Positions 47,629 through 56,105 of a stretch of 64,000 nucleotides of DNA are shown piece after piece (positions within the stretch are counted from its first letter, which is position 1; each line of letters opens with the position of its first letter). The notes beneath the pieces are model-generated. The model was not told the DNA's origin. It worked only from the letters and a program-made list of their open reading frames with translations, and made no database searches. A program made the translations under genes and the position numbers. Source of the DNA: a virus; IMG/VR virus record IMGVR_UViG_3300021181_000006, positions 32,001 through 96,000 of that record. The stretch is one strand, 5' to 3'.

Positions 47629-48813
47629 ATGCATGCAAAAGAGCTGAGGGTATGCCTCCAGACCGGACTTTTCGAGAACTGCGAAGAGGATGGCCGACAA
47701 ATCTTTGTTCCCTATATCATTGGCGAAAAGGGTGACGGTAAGTCCACCATCGTCAAAGAACTATGTGCCGCAAATAATGCGTATATGATCGATATTCGAC
47801 TGGCTCTCGAAGATGTTCCTGATCTTAAAGGCTTCCCTTTCGTGGACAAAGTCCAGGTGAATGGGCAGACGGTCAGCCTCACAAGCTTCGCTACGCCTGA
47901 TTGGATCCCGCATGGTCATAGGCTCCAGGAGATCCTACAAAGTGGCACCAAGAGGACGGTAGGCCCCTTTGCTGGCAAGCCATTCCAGTGGGTGGTCATC
48001 TTCTTCGATGAGATGGCTCGTGCCAAGTTGGACGTGCATCAGATCATCTTCCGTATGGTGCTGGACTTCCAGCATGGCGATATCACCTTCGACAAGTGTG
48101 TTCGCATCGTTTCGGCAGATAATCCTGCTACTAAGGACTATAAGGGGGTTAATAAGTTGGATGCCGCATTGGCAAACCGCTTTACGACTCTCTCGTACTC
48201 AGGTCCGACGTTGGCTGAATGGTCGGAATATGAGGCAGCTCATTCTGACTCGATGATCATCCGTTTCTTGACTGAACAGACATCTATGTTCCGCAAGGGT
48301 AATGCCACTCCTCGAACTCTCTCAAAGATTGGCCGTCGTGTGCTCAAGTCGTCTGCCAAGACGAATGGAGCTATTCTGTTCCAACTGCTCTGCGGTATGT
48401 GTGGCGAGGAATTCGCCGCCGCATTCCTCAGATATTATGAGAGCAGCTACAAGGCCATCAAGGCTAAGACTATCTTCGAGGGAACCAAGAAAGAATTCGA
48501 GAAGGCTGTTGCTCAGATCAAGGACTGGAATGCCAGTCATGGCAAGCAGTCTGATGCCATTGCGGATACCGCTATGGACATGCTGGAGTACATGAAGGAG
48601 CCGTATAACTACGTCAACTTCAATGTGAGTCGCTTCATCGAGGTGCTCAATGCATTTCCTGAGGATAAGACCTGGATGATTGTTCGCATGATCGCGGATA
48701 ATCGTGCCGAGAAGTATCCTGAGGGCTACAAGAAGATCCATCCGATTATCCTGCAGAATGCGGATATCAGGGCGATCATCTCGACGCTCTCTGCCAAGCT
48801 GGGAACACTGTAA
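47629..48813 (+). CDS. MoxR-like AAA+ ATPase
   Basis: Walker A GEKGDGKS, DLKGFP, Walker B FFDEMAR, LDAALANRF, ATPRT. Confidence 0.85.
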   Translation: MHAKELRVCLQTGLFENCEEDGRQIFVPYIIGEKGDGKSTIVKELCAANNAYMIDIRLALEDVPDLKGFPFVDKVQVNGQTVSLTSFATPDWIPHGHRLQEILQSGTKRTVGPFAGKPFQWVVIFFDEMARAKLDVHQIIFRMVLDFQHGDITFDKCVRIVSADNPATKDYKGVNKLDAALANRFTTLSYSGPTLAEWSEYEAAHSDSMIIRFLTEQTSMFRKGNATPRTLSKIGRRVLKSSAKTNGAILFQLLCGMCGEEFAAAFLRYYESSYKAIKAKTIFEGTKKEFEKAVAQIKDWNASHGKQSDAIADTAMDMLEYMKEPYNYVNFNVSRFIEVLNAFPEDKTWMIVRMIADNRAEKYPEGYKKIHPIILQNADIRAIISTLSAKLGTL

Positions 48814-48819
48814 AATAGC

Positions 48820-48865
48820 AGTAAACATCATAATTGAGACTAACGTCTCTTTTATGATGTTTACT
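48820..48865 (+). terminator. hairpin / probable terminator
   Basis: 14-bp arms AGTAAACATCATAA/TTATGATGTTTACT with inner GAGAC/GTCTC. Confidence 0.6.
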
Positions 48866-48869
48866 ATTT

Positions 48870-49418
48870 AGATAGTAAATAATAATGAAAATAAAGGCTC
48901 ACATACACGAGGGTAAGAGCCGATTTAGACTTCATATAAGATATATAATAATATTTTATTATTTTATTTTATTATATATTATTATATATATTTCTATTTA
49001 ACGTAATATGTGTCATAGTTACATATATTATACATAATCCATGTCATTATGACACAGTATTCAGTAAATGACTATATATTGAAATTGAAAGTAAATGTAT
49101 GTCATTATGACACAGTCTGTATGTCATACTGGTCAGTATGACATACAGACGTTTAAATTAATTTAAATATATAATCGTGTCATTATGACATGGTCTTACT
49201 GACAACCATGTCATAATATACTTTTTACATTTAAAGACGATTAAACAGTAAAAGTCATAAGTGCTTGTCAGTACTAAACAGATTTCTCAAAATAAAAAAA
49301 AAAAAATTATTTTTGTACATAAATTTATTGGCACTCTGACCGAGCCGAAAGGCTCCAACCCTTTTCAGGATCTGTCAAAATAATTTTTTTTTTTTATTTT
49401 ATGATATAACATATATGC
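48870..49418. other. AT-rich non-coding region with palindromic repeats (candidate origin or genome-end site)
   Basis: no ORF; three TGTCATTATGACA palindromes, a 36-bp inverted repeat, A13/T12 arms. Confidence 0.6.
49042..49217. repeat. cluster of TGTCAT/ATGACA palindromes
   Basis: TGTCATTATGACA at 49042, 49100, 49178; 17-bp arms 49115-49131/49134-49150; TTTAAATTAATTTAAA 49152-49167; 13-bp arms 49182-49194/49205-49217. Confidence 0.9.
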
Positions 49419-49898
49419 ATGAATCGGAGGATATCTATGCAAAATGAACATTTGACATTATTTGAAGTTTTACATGAAGTACTAGGATGGGATGATGATG
49501 AGTCATGGGGTAACGTGAATATACCTCGTCGCGGTCCTTCTGATCTCAGGCCAACTGATATGAGTGGTCTATTAATTTCATCCACCAATAAAATGGTCAG
49601 TCCATCTACTATTACCATGGCTGAGTTCATGGAACTGCCATATGGATTTACTATTTGGTTAGGTAAGAATAAAGATTATTATAATATTGTTCCATTTGAG
49701 ATGGAACATAAACATGTGACATTCCATGCAGAAGAACTCATGGTGTATTACTCATGTGGTCATGAAGCGTGTATAAAAATGATGCCCATGATCATTGATA
49801 TTAAACAGAGGTTTCTCGCTAAGCTCATCTATGCGCCCATCAAGAATAATACTGGTAAAAAGCCACTTACTATGGTAAAAGCTAAGAATGGAACATAA
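49419..49898 (+). CDS. hypothetical protein
   Basis: 159 aa; GGAGG RBS suggests an alternative start at the second Met. Confidence 0.6.
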   Translation: MNRRISMQNEHLTLFEVLHEVLGWDDDESWGNVNIPRRGPSDLRPTDMSGLLISSTNKMVSPSTITMAEFMELPYGFTIWLGKNKDYYNIVPFEMEHKHVTFHAEELMVYYSCGHEACIKMMPMIIDIKQRFLAKLIYAPIKNNTGKKPLTMVKAKNGT

Positions 49899-50193
49899 TG
49901 AATTCTTAACTGGGCCTTATACATGGATTCAGCTCTTCACGAAAGAAGAGATTAAAGCGATATTCGACCAAGCATGGGAGTATCGGCTGAAATCGATGTT
50001 AGCTGATGTTAAGGAGTTACAAGATATTAAGTATTATAATACGATTGATACACCACCTAAAGATGGCGTATCCATACGCTTTAAACAGACCAGCTCACGT
50101 CGTATAGACTGGTTCTTTGTTGTTGGCAAAGAAGAAATACCAGTTGGAGAGGGATTATTCTTAAATTATGCAAATATCACCGAGCCAGATTGA
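49888..50193 (+). CDS. hypothetical protein
   Basis: 101 aa coupled ORF. Confidence 0.6.
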   Translation: MEHNEFLTGPYTWIQLFTKEEIKAIFDQAWEYRLKSMLADVKELQDIKYYNTIDTPPKDGVSIRFKQTSSRRIDWFFVVGKEEIPVGEGLFLNYANITEPD

Positions 50194-50548
50194 GCGGTTA
50201 GCTAAATACTTTGAAAACAAGTATGATAAGTGGGTGCGAGATTCACAGTTAAAGTTTCAGATGAATCTGAATACCGATGAAATACATCTCTTGAAGACCA
50301 GCTGGATGCATTGTCGTCATGAATATGGATCTACCATGCGTATCTATGTCACGGATATCTGTGATCAACATAAAGATGCTCGTCTCGCCTCAGATAGTCG
50401 CTCAGTAGTAGATACTGTCTATATGAGGATCGATGATATGATGACACATAGTAAATGGAAAGTATTTGCTATCGTATTCAATCACGAACTTCACGGACTT
50501 GAGAAAACGAGTAAAAGTACCCATATCTCATACCTCTACGGAGAATAA
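50168..50548 (+). CDS. hypothetical protein
   Basis: 126 aa coupled ORF. Confidence 0.6.
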   Translation: MQISPSQIERLAKYFENKYDKWVRDSQLKFQMNLNTDEIHLLKTSWMHCRHEYGSTMRIYVTDICDQHKDARLASDSRSVVDTVYMRIDDMMTHSKWKVFAIVFNHELHGLEKTSKSTHISYLYGE

Positions 50549-50926
50549 ATGCGCTGTCCTCAATGCGAGTTCTATATCAATTCCTGTTTAGGACTTTGCG
50601 ATGCACGGTGCTTAATTGGCAATGATGATGTAGACTCAGAACAGTTTAAATCACTACTCACGAGTAGTGTCAATAATTTACCTGCTATTAATGTGTTTCT
50701 TCAACGTAAAGCTTCGACTATGATCGAGTATCTCTATAATCACGAAGATGCGAACATGAAGATGATGGCCGTTGCTGTCTATTATGCCAAGTTGAGTGAT
50801 CATAGGAAGAAATACATCATGTCATTAGATGAGAAACATCCTGCAAGGATTCTTCTTGTCCAAATGGACGCTGGACGACGTCCTAATATTAAGGAGATCA
50901 TTATCCATGCTACCAGAGGAGTATGA
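50549..50926 (+). CDS. hypothetical protein with N-terminal CPQC motif
   Basis: 125 aa, GGAG RBS. Confidence 0.6.
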   Translation: MRCPQCEFYINSCLGLCDARCLIGNDDVDSEQFKSLLTSSVNNLPAINVFLQRKASTMIEYLYNHEDANMKMMAVAVYYAKLSDHRKKYIMSLDEKHPARILLVQMDAGRRPNIKEIIIHATRGV

Positions 50927-51221
50927 TCGTATTAAACAAATTCTTGAGGACGTACATCATGAGTATGCCCTCAAGAATATATTAGGGTTACCCACAGAAT
51001 CAGTTCCATTTGCATTAGAGTGGATGGATGATAATAAAATACAGTTTATTATTAAGAACTCTGGTATCGCATCAGGTGAGTTCACTCTCATGATTAAGAG
51101 AATTTATCGTAGCAATCATACCGTTGGGCATTTTGTCGCTTCCTATAAGAAGCTCGAAAATATGGTCAATCCGAGTTCATTACGATCTATCGGTAAAATA
51201 ATGAAGAGGTTATTTCATTGA
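50907..51221 (+). CDS. hypothetical protein
   Basis: AAGGAG RBS before ATG 50907. Confidence 0.6.
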   Translation: MLPEEYDRIKQILEDVHHEYALKNILGLPTESVPFALEWMDDNKIQFIIKNSGIASGEFTLMIKRIYRSNHTVGHFVASYKKLENMVNPSSLRSIGKIMKRLFH

Positions 51222-51517
51222 GCCAAGAAGCTGTAGAAATATTCATACGATTTATTATTGATGGATGTAAACATGAACTTCAAATGTATTTATCTATGGA
51301 TATAGGTAATAGTGCATGGTATACATTTAAGGATGGAACTGCTCTCTATATGCTCTGGGATGGACGTTTTAATCTGATCTTAGTCACAGCCACGGATCTT
51401 GGAGTAGCCTATGAGGCTATAGCATTAGATATCGCGGATATGCCATCATCAACAGATATTATGATTTTATCACGTATTCTGATACAGCGAGGCACCTATG
51501 CCAAAGAAGTGTCCTGA
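51218..51517 (+). CDS. hypothetical protein
   Basis: 99 aa, GAGG RBS, TTG start. Confidence 0.55.
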   Translation: MSQEAVEIFIRFIIDGCKHELQMYLSMDIGNSAWYTFKDGTALYMLWDGRFNLILVTATDLGVAYEAIALDIADMPSSTDIMILSRILIQRGTYAKEVS

Positions 51518-51848
51518 TAAGCATTTAGAGACTCATAATAGGATTAAAAATACTATTATGAGTCTTATCGATCAAAAGAAATTCCTACATGACTTAGGTA
51601 TTACATACCTAGGATTTCCAGTATTTGATCGGGATACACATCTTAAAGTTGGTGATATGGATCTATTAGAACATGCAGATACTACTAGTCATCCACCGTT
51701 ATTACTATATAGTCTGTATTATAAACAAGATAAAGATATGTATTGTAACAAGCATTTTGCGAGCCGTTTCAGGCTCGAAGAGATGCTGCAAGGTGATACT
51801 ATATTACGCATCAGAACATACTTGCGGAAGAATAAACTGGTCATATAA
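51498..51848 (+). CDS. hypothetical protein
   Basis: 116 aa, GAGG RBS. Confidence 0.55.
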   Translation: MPKKCPDKHLETHNRIKNTIMSLIDQKKFLHDLGITYLGFPVFDRDTHLKVGDMDLLEHADTTSHPPLLLYSLYYKQDKDMYCNKHFASRFRLEEMLQGDTILRIRTYLRKNKLVI

Positions 51849-51872
51849 GGTATAAATTCATAGAGGATCATT

Positions 51873-53171
51873 ATGTCTGATTACGGCAAAGGGCAGCTCT
51901 ATTCGATAGCGCGTACTTATCTTATTAAGTTCCGACCCTTTTATGCATCGTTCATCCAGGACTGTGCGATTAATTTAGAATGGGATAAAAATCCCGTCGA
52001 TTCGTCCATTGTCAATGGACGCATACATTTGTATGTCAACGAAGCGTTTCTCATCGAGCAGGGCACCACTCCAAAAGAGCTGGCACTACTGATTGAGCAA
52101 CAGGTCAATCTGTTAGTGAATAAGCATCAGATCCGTTCTGTGAATCATGAACTCGGTAGATACGTGGCTGCTGCGCATATCGCAACATCACAAGTCTGCT
52201 TCTCGAAAGAGTTCCCTGACTATGCTCAGATTCTGACTCACGATAAAGCGAAAGAGAAGTTTCAGAACTTTCCTGGCCAAGAGAAGGCTGCAGAGATCTA
52301 TTATGACGCGATCCCACCAGATCCGCCGAGTGATAAAGATATGCAGCCGTACATGCAGCCAGAAGGTGGTGGAGATGCTGGTGAAGGTGAAGGTAAAGCA
52401 GGTGATGGAGAAGGTGAGGGACCTCCTGGTCCTAAGCCAATCCAGCATGGTGCTGCATGGCAGGAAACCAATACTAACGAAGAACAGTTCGACTCTATTC
52501 TGCGTGACGTCGTGAAAGATGCTGCTGGTAAGAACCCAGGAAACATTCCAGGGCATCTCAAGGAGCTGATCGATAAGATCTTGCGGCCACCTGAGGTTCC
52601 TTGGGAGGAAGAGCTGAAGGACTTTATCGAGTCTAAAGTGACGACTGATACGGATCCATCATGGAAACGTCGCAATCGTAACTATGCTCACGCTCCTTAC
52701 ATCATGAAGGGTAAGCAGCCTTCCTTCAGAAGCAGATTCGTTGTGTTTATTGATACATCTGGTTCGGTTAGCTCAGATAATCTGAAGCTGTTCCTGGCCG
52801 AGATGGTCGGTATTTACAATGCTTCGCGTCATACACTCATCACCGTTTGTGTCGATCATTCGGTACAGTCAGTAGCTGAGTTCGATGGGGATGCGAAGTT
52901 CGAGTTCGCTGGTCGTGGAGGTACTCAATTCGACGTCACTATTAAGATGTGTAATGGCGATCTGACCGAGTTAAGCGATCCTATTCGTGAGAAGTATCTC
53001 GAATTACTCGAAGCTGATACCGATATCGATGGTGCTATCTACTTCACTGATGGTGAGTGCGGTCTGTCTGAAACGACAAACCTTCCACTGTTATGGGTGA
53101 TTACACCAGATGGCACCGTGCCAAAGAATTTCCCAGGCAAGGTGGTCCAGATGAAGGATAAAAAGAAGTAA
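51873..53171 (+). CDS. VWA-domain protein with degenerate N-terminal metallopeptidase-like domain (DUF2201-like)
   Basis: RPFYASF N-terminus, Gly/Glu linker, WKRRNR, MIDAS IDTSGS, GRGGTQF, YFTDG; no HExxH. Confidence 0.8.
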   Translation: MSDYGKGQLYSIARTYLIKFRPFYASFIQDCAINLEWDKNPVDSSIVNGRIHLYVNEAFLIEQGTTPKELALLIEQQVNLLVNKHQIRSVNHELGRYVAAAHIATSQVCFSKEFPDYAQILTHDKAKEKFQNFPGQEKAAEIYYDAIPPDPPSDKDMQPYMQPEGGGDAGEGEGKAGDGEGEGPPGPKPIQHGAAWQETNTNEEQFDSILRDVVKDAAGKNPGNIPGHLKELIDKILRPPEVPWEEELKDFIESKVTTDTDPSWKRRNRNYAHAPYIMKGKQPSFRSRFVVFIDTSGSVSSDNLKLFLAEMVGIYNASRHTLITVCVDHSVQSVAEFDGDAKFEFAGRGGTQFDVTIKMCNGDLTELSDPIREKYLELLEADTDIDGAIYFTDGECGLSETTNLPLLWVITPDGTVPKNFPGKVVQMKDKKK

Positions 53172-53274
53172 TTCTTCTGGTATAACTTTCTTATAGCGAA
53201 TAGAGGGATATATCATTGTATGATATATCTCTCTAAAATTATTAAACTCCATTTCTCATAGAAATTCATGCATC

Positions 53275-53496
53275 ATGGCTACAACCAAGGTTTATAAGGG
53301 TGCCAACCAGATCGCCGAGTCGAGTCTTGTTGGACGCACCATCACCAGTATCTTCAGCGATGACACCATCGTGGACGTACTGAATCTGTCCGGTGACGAG
53401 ACTATTCGCGTCAACGGTGAGCAGGCAGATCGAAACTATACTATCCGCAGCGGTGACGCTGTTGAGTTCTACAAGCAGCAGGGAACCAAGGGTTAA
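53275..53496 (+). CDS. ubiquitin-like beta-grasp protein (PRTRC protein C-like)
   Basis: 73 aa; RVNGE...IRSGDAVEF ThiS/MoaD/Ub pattern; C-terminal QGTKG-stop. Confidence 0.85.
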   Translation: MATTKVYKGANQIAESSLVGRTITSIFSDDTIVDVLNLSGDETIRVNGEQADRNYTIRSGDAVEFYKQQGTKG

Positions 53497-53555
53497 TAAC
53501 CTTTTGTTCTGATGTAGCGTAACGTCTGCAGTGGTAGACGAAGTCGGAGTGACTT

Positions 53556-53587
53556 AAAGAGCCTAATATGTATTAGGCTCTTTTTTT
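53556..53587 (+). terminator. intrinsic terminator between Ubl and E2 genes
   Basis: 13-bp arms AAAGAGCCTAATA/TATTAGGCTCTTT plus a T run. Confidence 0.8.
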
Positions 53588-53612
53588 AGTTAAAAAGTGG
53601 TAGAAAGTATAT

Positions 53613-54398
53613 ATGGTAATATATAGAACCATGGATACTGGCAATACTACAAGTTTTACGGTTACTACTAATGTCAGTGGAAGTTTTGGGAATATTGGTA
53701 ACTATGTAAATTTTGTCACAGAAGTCCAGCAACCGAAGGAACAACATCCCGTGACCATCGAAATCGATGAATCAGGCAGAGTAACGTTCTTTGAGAAGAG
53801 AATCATCAAAGAAACGAACTTAGAAAATCTGTTAAAGACATTCGAGGAGCAGAAGCCGTTGTCATCAGGCTTACTCCCTCAAAACTGTATCAATTACACG
53901 AGACGTGGTCGGGCTACGATCTATGTGATCGAAGAGTTCCCTGGTGTTCGCAAAATTAATTATCAGACGCAGGCACGTGAACTACTCACTAATATGCCGA
54001 TTAGCGTACCATTCTTATATTGGGTTCTTGTCTTTAATCCTGCATTAACTGCATATGTGCGTTGTTCCAAACGTCGCTTGAAGACCTTGGACGATCCAGT
54101 ATTCCATCCTCCACTTCTGAACGTATACGATCAGGGTTCTGGCAAGATCTGTGCTGGTGATGGTGTTCAAGTAGATGCTCGTTCTAATCTGATAGAGAAG
54201 ATCGAACAGTTTACGAAAACACTCTGGGGATCTAATTGGAATCATGATTTGACTCCTGGATATCCTGCAGAGTTTAATAACTATCCACAATACATTCGTA
54301 TGTCATCCGCTGATCCAACCGTATGGTCCAAGCTCAGTTACAGGAAAAGCGACCTCAGTATTAATCAACTTCTCATGAGATTATCAACGAGTGAGTAA
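53613..54398 (+). CDS. prokaryotic E2-like conjugating enzyme (Prok-E2_D / PRTRC protein B-like)
   Basis: VPFLYW...FHPPLLNVYDQGSGKICAG...LWGSNWNH with candidate catalytic Cys. Confidence 0.8.
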   Translation: MVIYRTMDTGNTTSFTVTTNVSGSFGNIGNYVNFVTEVQQPKEQHPVTIEIDESGRVTFFEKRIIKETNLENLLKTFEEQKPLSSGLLPQNCINYTRRGRATIYVIEEFPGVRKINYQTQARELLTNMPISVPFLYWVLVFNPALTAYVRCSKRRLKTLDDPVFHPPLLNVYDQGSGKICAGDGVQVDARSNLIEKIEQFTKTLWGSNWNHDLTPGYPAEFNNYPQYIRMSSADPTVWSKLSYRKSDLSINQLLMRLSTSE

Positions 54399-54714
54399 AA
54401 AAGAGAGCGCGCAAGCCAATCGTGATCTCTATTACATGCTGAATGAGTATACTACTAGTATCAAAACGATCTCTATCGAAGAATATATCGATAAAGATCT
54501 GAAGATATTAACGGTAGAAGAATTAGCGAACACCAAGGTCACTGAAGCCAACTTCGGTGAAGTTATGTTCGTTAAGAAACTCCGTCAGTATGCCATGGAT
54601 AAAAACGTGGTATTTCGTGGCATGTCTATGGCAGATAAAATTGCTTTAGATAAAATTATTAACAAGATCCCCCTTTGTCAAGCTGTCACTACCGTAGAGG
54701 ATACTGACCTGTGA
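54391..54714 (+). CDS. hypothetical protein within the Ubl cassette
   Basis: 107 aa, coupled between E2 and JAB. Confidence 0.6.
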   Translation: MSKKESAQANRDLYYMLNEYTTSIKTISIEEYIDKDLKILTVEELANTKVTEANFGEVMFVKKLRQYAMDKNVVFRGMSMADKIALDKIINKIPLCQAVTTVEDTDL

Positions 54715-56105
54715 AACTCGTTGGAACGCTGGGCATGCTGCCCCTTTATCATCTCGAAAAAGGAGATGATGTATCACAAATGTGCGATGATATCGAAAAG
54801 ACTTCATATATCCTGGCTCATGATGGGCTGTGGTTACTGAAGAAAACTGACTTTTTCTGGAGTCTTCGCGCTGCGAAGGTTCCTAACGCGGTTGAGAAGA
54901 CCGAAGCACTCATTAATACGCATGGCCTGCCTTTGGTCCCAAAAGAGGAGATGGATACGGCTATCGCCTTTTTTCGTCGCGTGTACGCCATACATAAGTC
55001 CGAAGCCGCGCTCATTCTCTATTGGCTCCCAGGCACGACGCAATTTAAGTGGACCTGTCCCAAGCAAACTGTTGCTCCAGCGTCAGTTAACTACAGCGAT
55101 GTCCCACATCCAGGCGAAGGCTGGATTGTCCTCCTCCACATGCATTCCCATGCATCGATGTCAGCATTCCATTCGGGTACTGACGACCATGATGAAAAAT
55201 TCGTGGATGGCTATAATATCACGATTGGGAAGCTAAACACTCCTGGTTATGAGTTTGAGTGCCGCATCATGATTGGTGGACTTAGCCTGAAGTCGAAGAT
55301 GGAAGATATTGTGGAGAATTGGTTACCTCCGGTTGGAGAGTTCCCTAATGAGTGGTTAAATAATGTGAATACTCCTCCTCCGTATGTGGCTCCTGCATAT
55401 ACGCCATATACTCCACTGGTTGGGTGTTTCCCGCCAGTTTCTCGTCCTTGGGATGATAAATACATGGCGCCTCAAGGCCATGGGTCACATAACTATGTTC
55501 CTCCCGGTCAGCATGGAGAGTGGAAGAGTGATCTGGGAAAATCGAGAGTCCCATTGACTTCGACGATGAAGCAGCAGAACAACGTCGATGGGAAGCGCTC
55601 TCATGGGAATGCTAAGAAGAATAAGAAATATCAGGCGCCCATGTCTGATCTGTATCCGCTCTCAGGGCCATCAAGAAATACATCTGAAACTGTCGCGGTT
55701 CGTAAATGGATCGATGCCAACTTCAAGTTTCTGACAGAACTCGGATATACTGGACAGGATTACGCTGCATTTCTGTCGATGACTCTTGCACAGGCCAAAG
55801 AAGAGCTTGAAGCAGATAATCGTGATTACTTTATTGGTAATGGATTAGCTCTTCCGACACAATGTGATATTTTAGGGTATAAACAGAATGTTATCCCCTT
55901 TAATCAACATGCGAGTGGTCGTGTGATGTTGACTCCTGTCGAACAGGAGAGCGATGGATTTGTTCCTGCTCCGTTCAACAGCAAGACCGATACGACTCCT
56001 GAAGAGGAGACGACGATTATTAGCCGTGAAACCGAACCTGGTAAAGTGGATGAAAATCCATTACAAGGTATTTATCTGACGAAAGCAAATGGCGGAATCA
56101 TCTGA
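54711..56105 (+). CDS. JAB/JAMM isopeptidase (PRTRC protein A-like) with long C-terminal extension
   Basis: SEAA glutamate and exact HxHx7Sx2D motif HSHASMSAFHSGTD. Confidence 0.9.
   Translation: MKLVGTLGMLPLYHLEKGDDVSQMCDDIEKTSYILAHDGLWLLKKTDFFWSLRAAKVPNAVEKTEALINTHGLPLVPKEEMDTAIAFFRRVYAIHKSEAALILYWLPGTTQFKWTCPKQTVAPASVNYSDVPHPGEGWIVLLHMHSHASMSAFHSGTDDHDEKFVDGYNITIGKLNTPGYEFECRIMIGGLSLKSKMEDIVENWLPPVGEFPNEWLNNVNTPPPYVAPAYTPYTPLVGCFPPVSRPWDDKYMAPQGHGSHNYVPPGQHGEWKSDLGKSRVPLTSTMKQQNNVDGKRSHGNAKKNKKYQAPMSDLYPLSGPSRNTSETVAVRKWIDANFKFLTELGYTGQDYAAFLSMTLAQAKEELEADNRDYFIGNGLALPTQCDILGYKQNVIPFNQHASGRVMLTPVEQESDGFVPAPFNSKTDTTPEEETTIISRETEPGKVDENPLQGIYLTKANGGII

Noticed and set aside
49041-49217. CRISPR mini-array from palindromic repeats
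   Set aside because: Repeats are only 13-18 bp, unevenly spaced (58 and 78 bp), and the intervening DNA is itself made of the same half-sites; no cas genes.
49336-49368. Hammerhead ribozyme (CTGA...GA-stem-GAAA)
   Set aside because: Core has an extra base (CUGACCGA); the GAAA is the hairpin loop rather than the post-stem-II core; stems I and III not found.
51873-52200. Active zinc metallopeptidase
   Set aside because: No HExxH in the expected helix.
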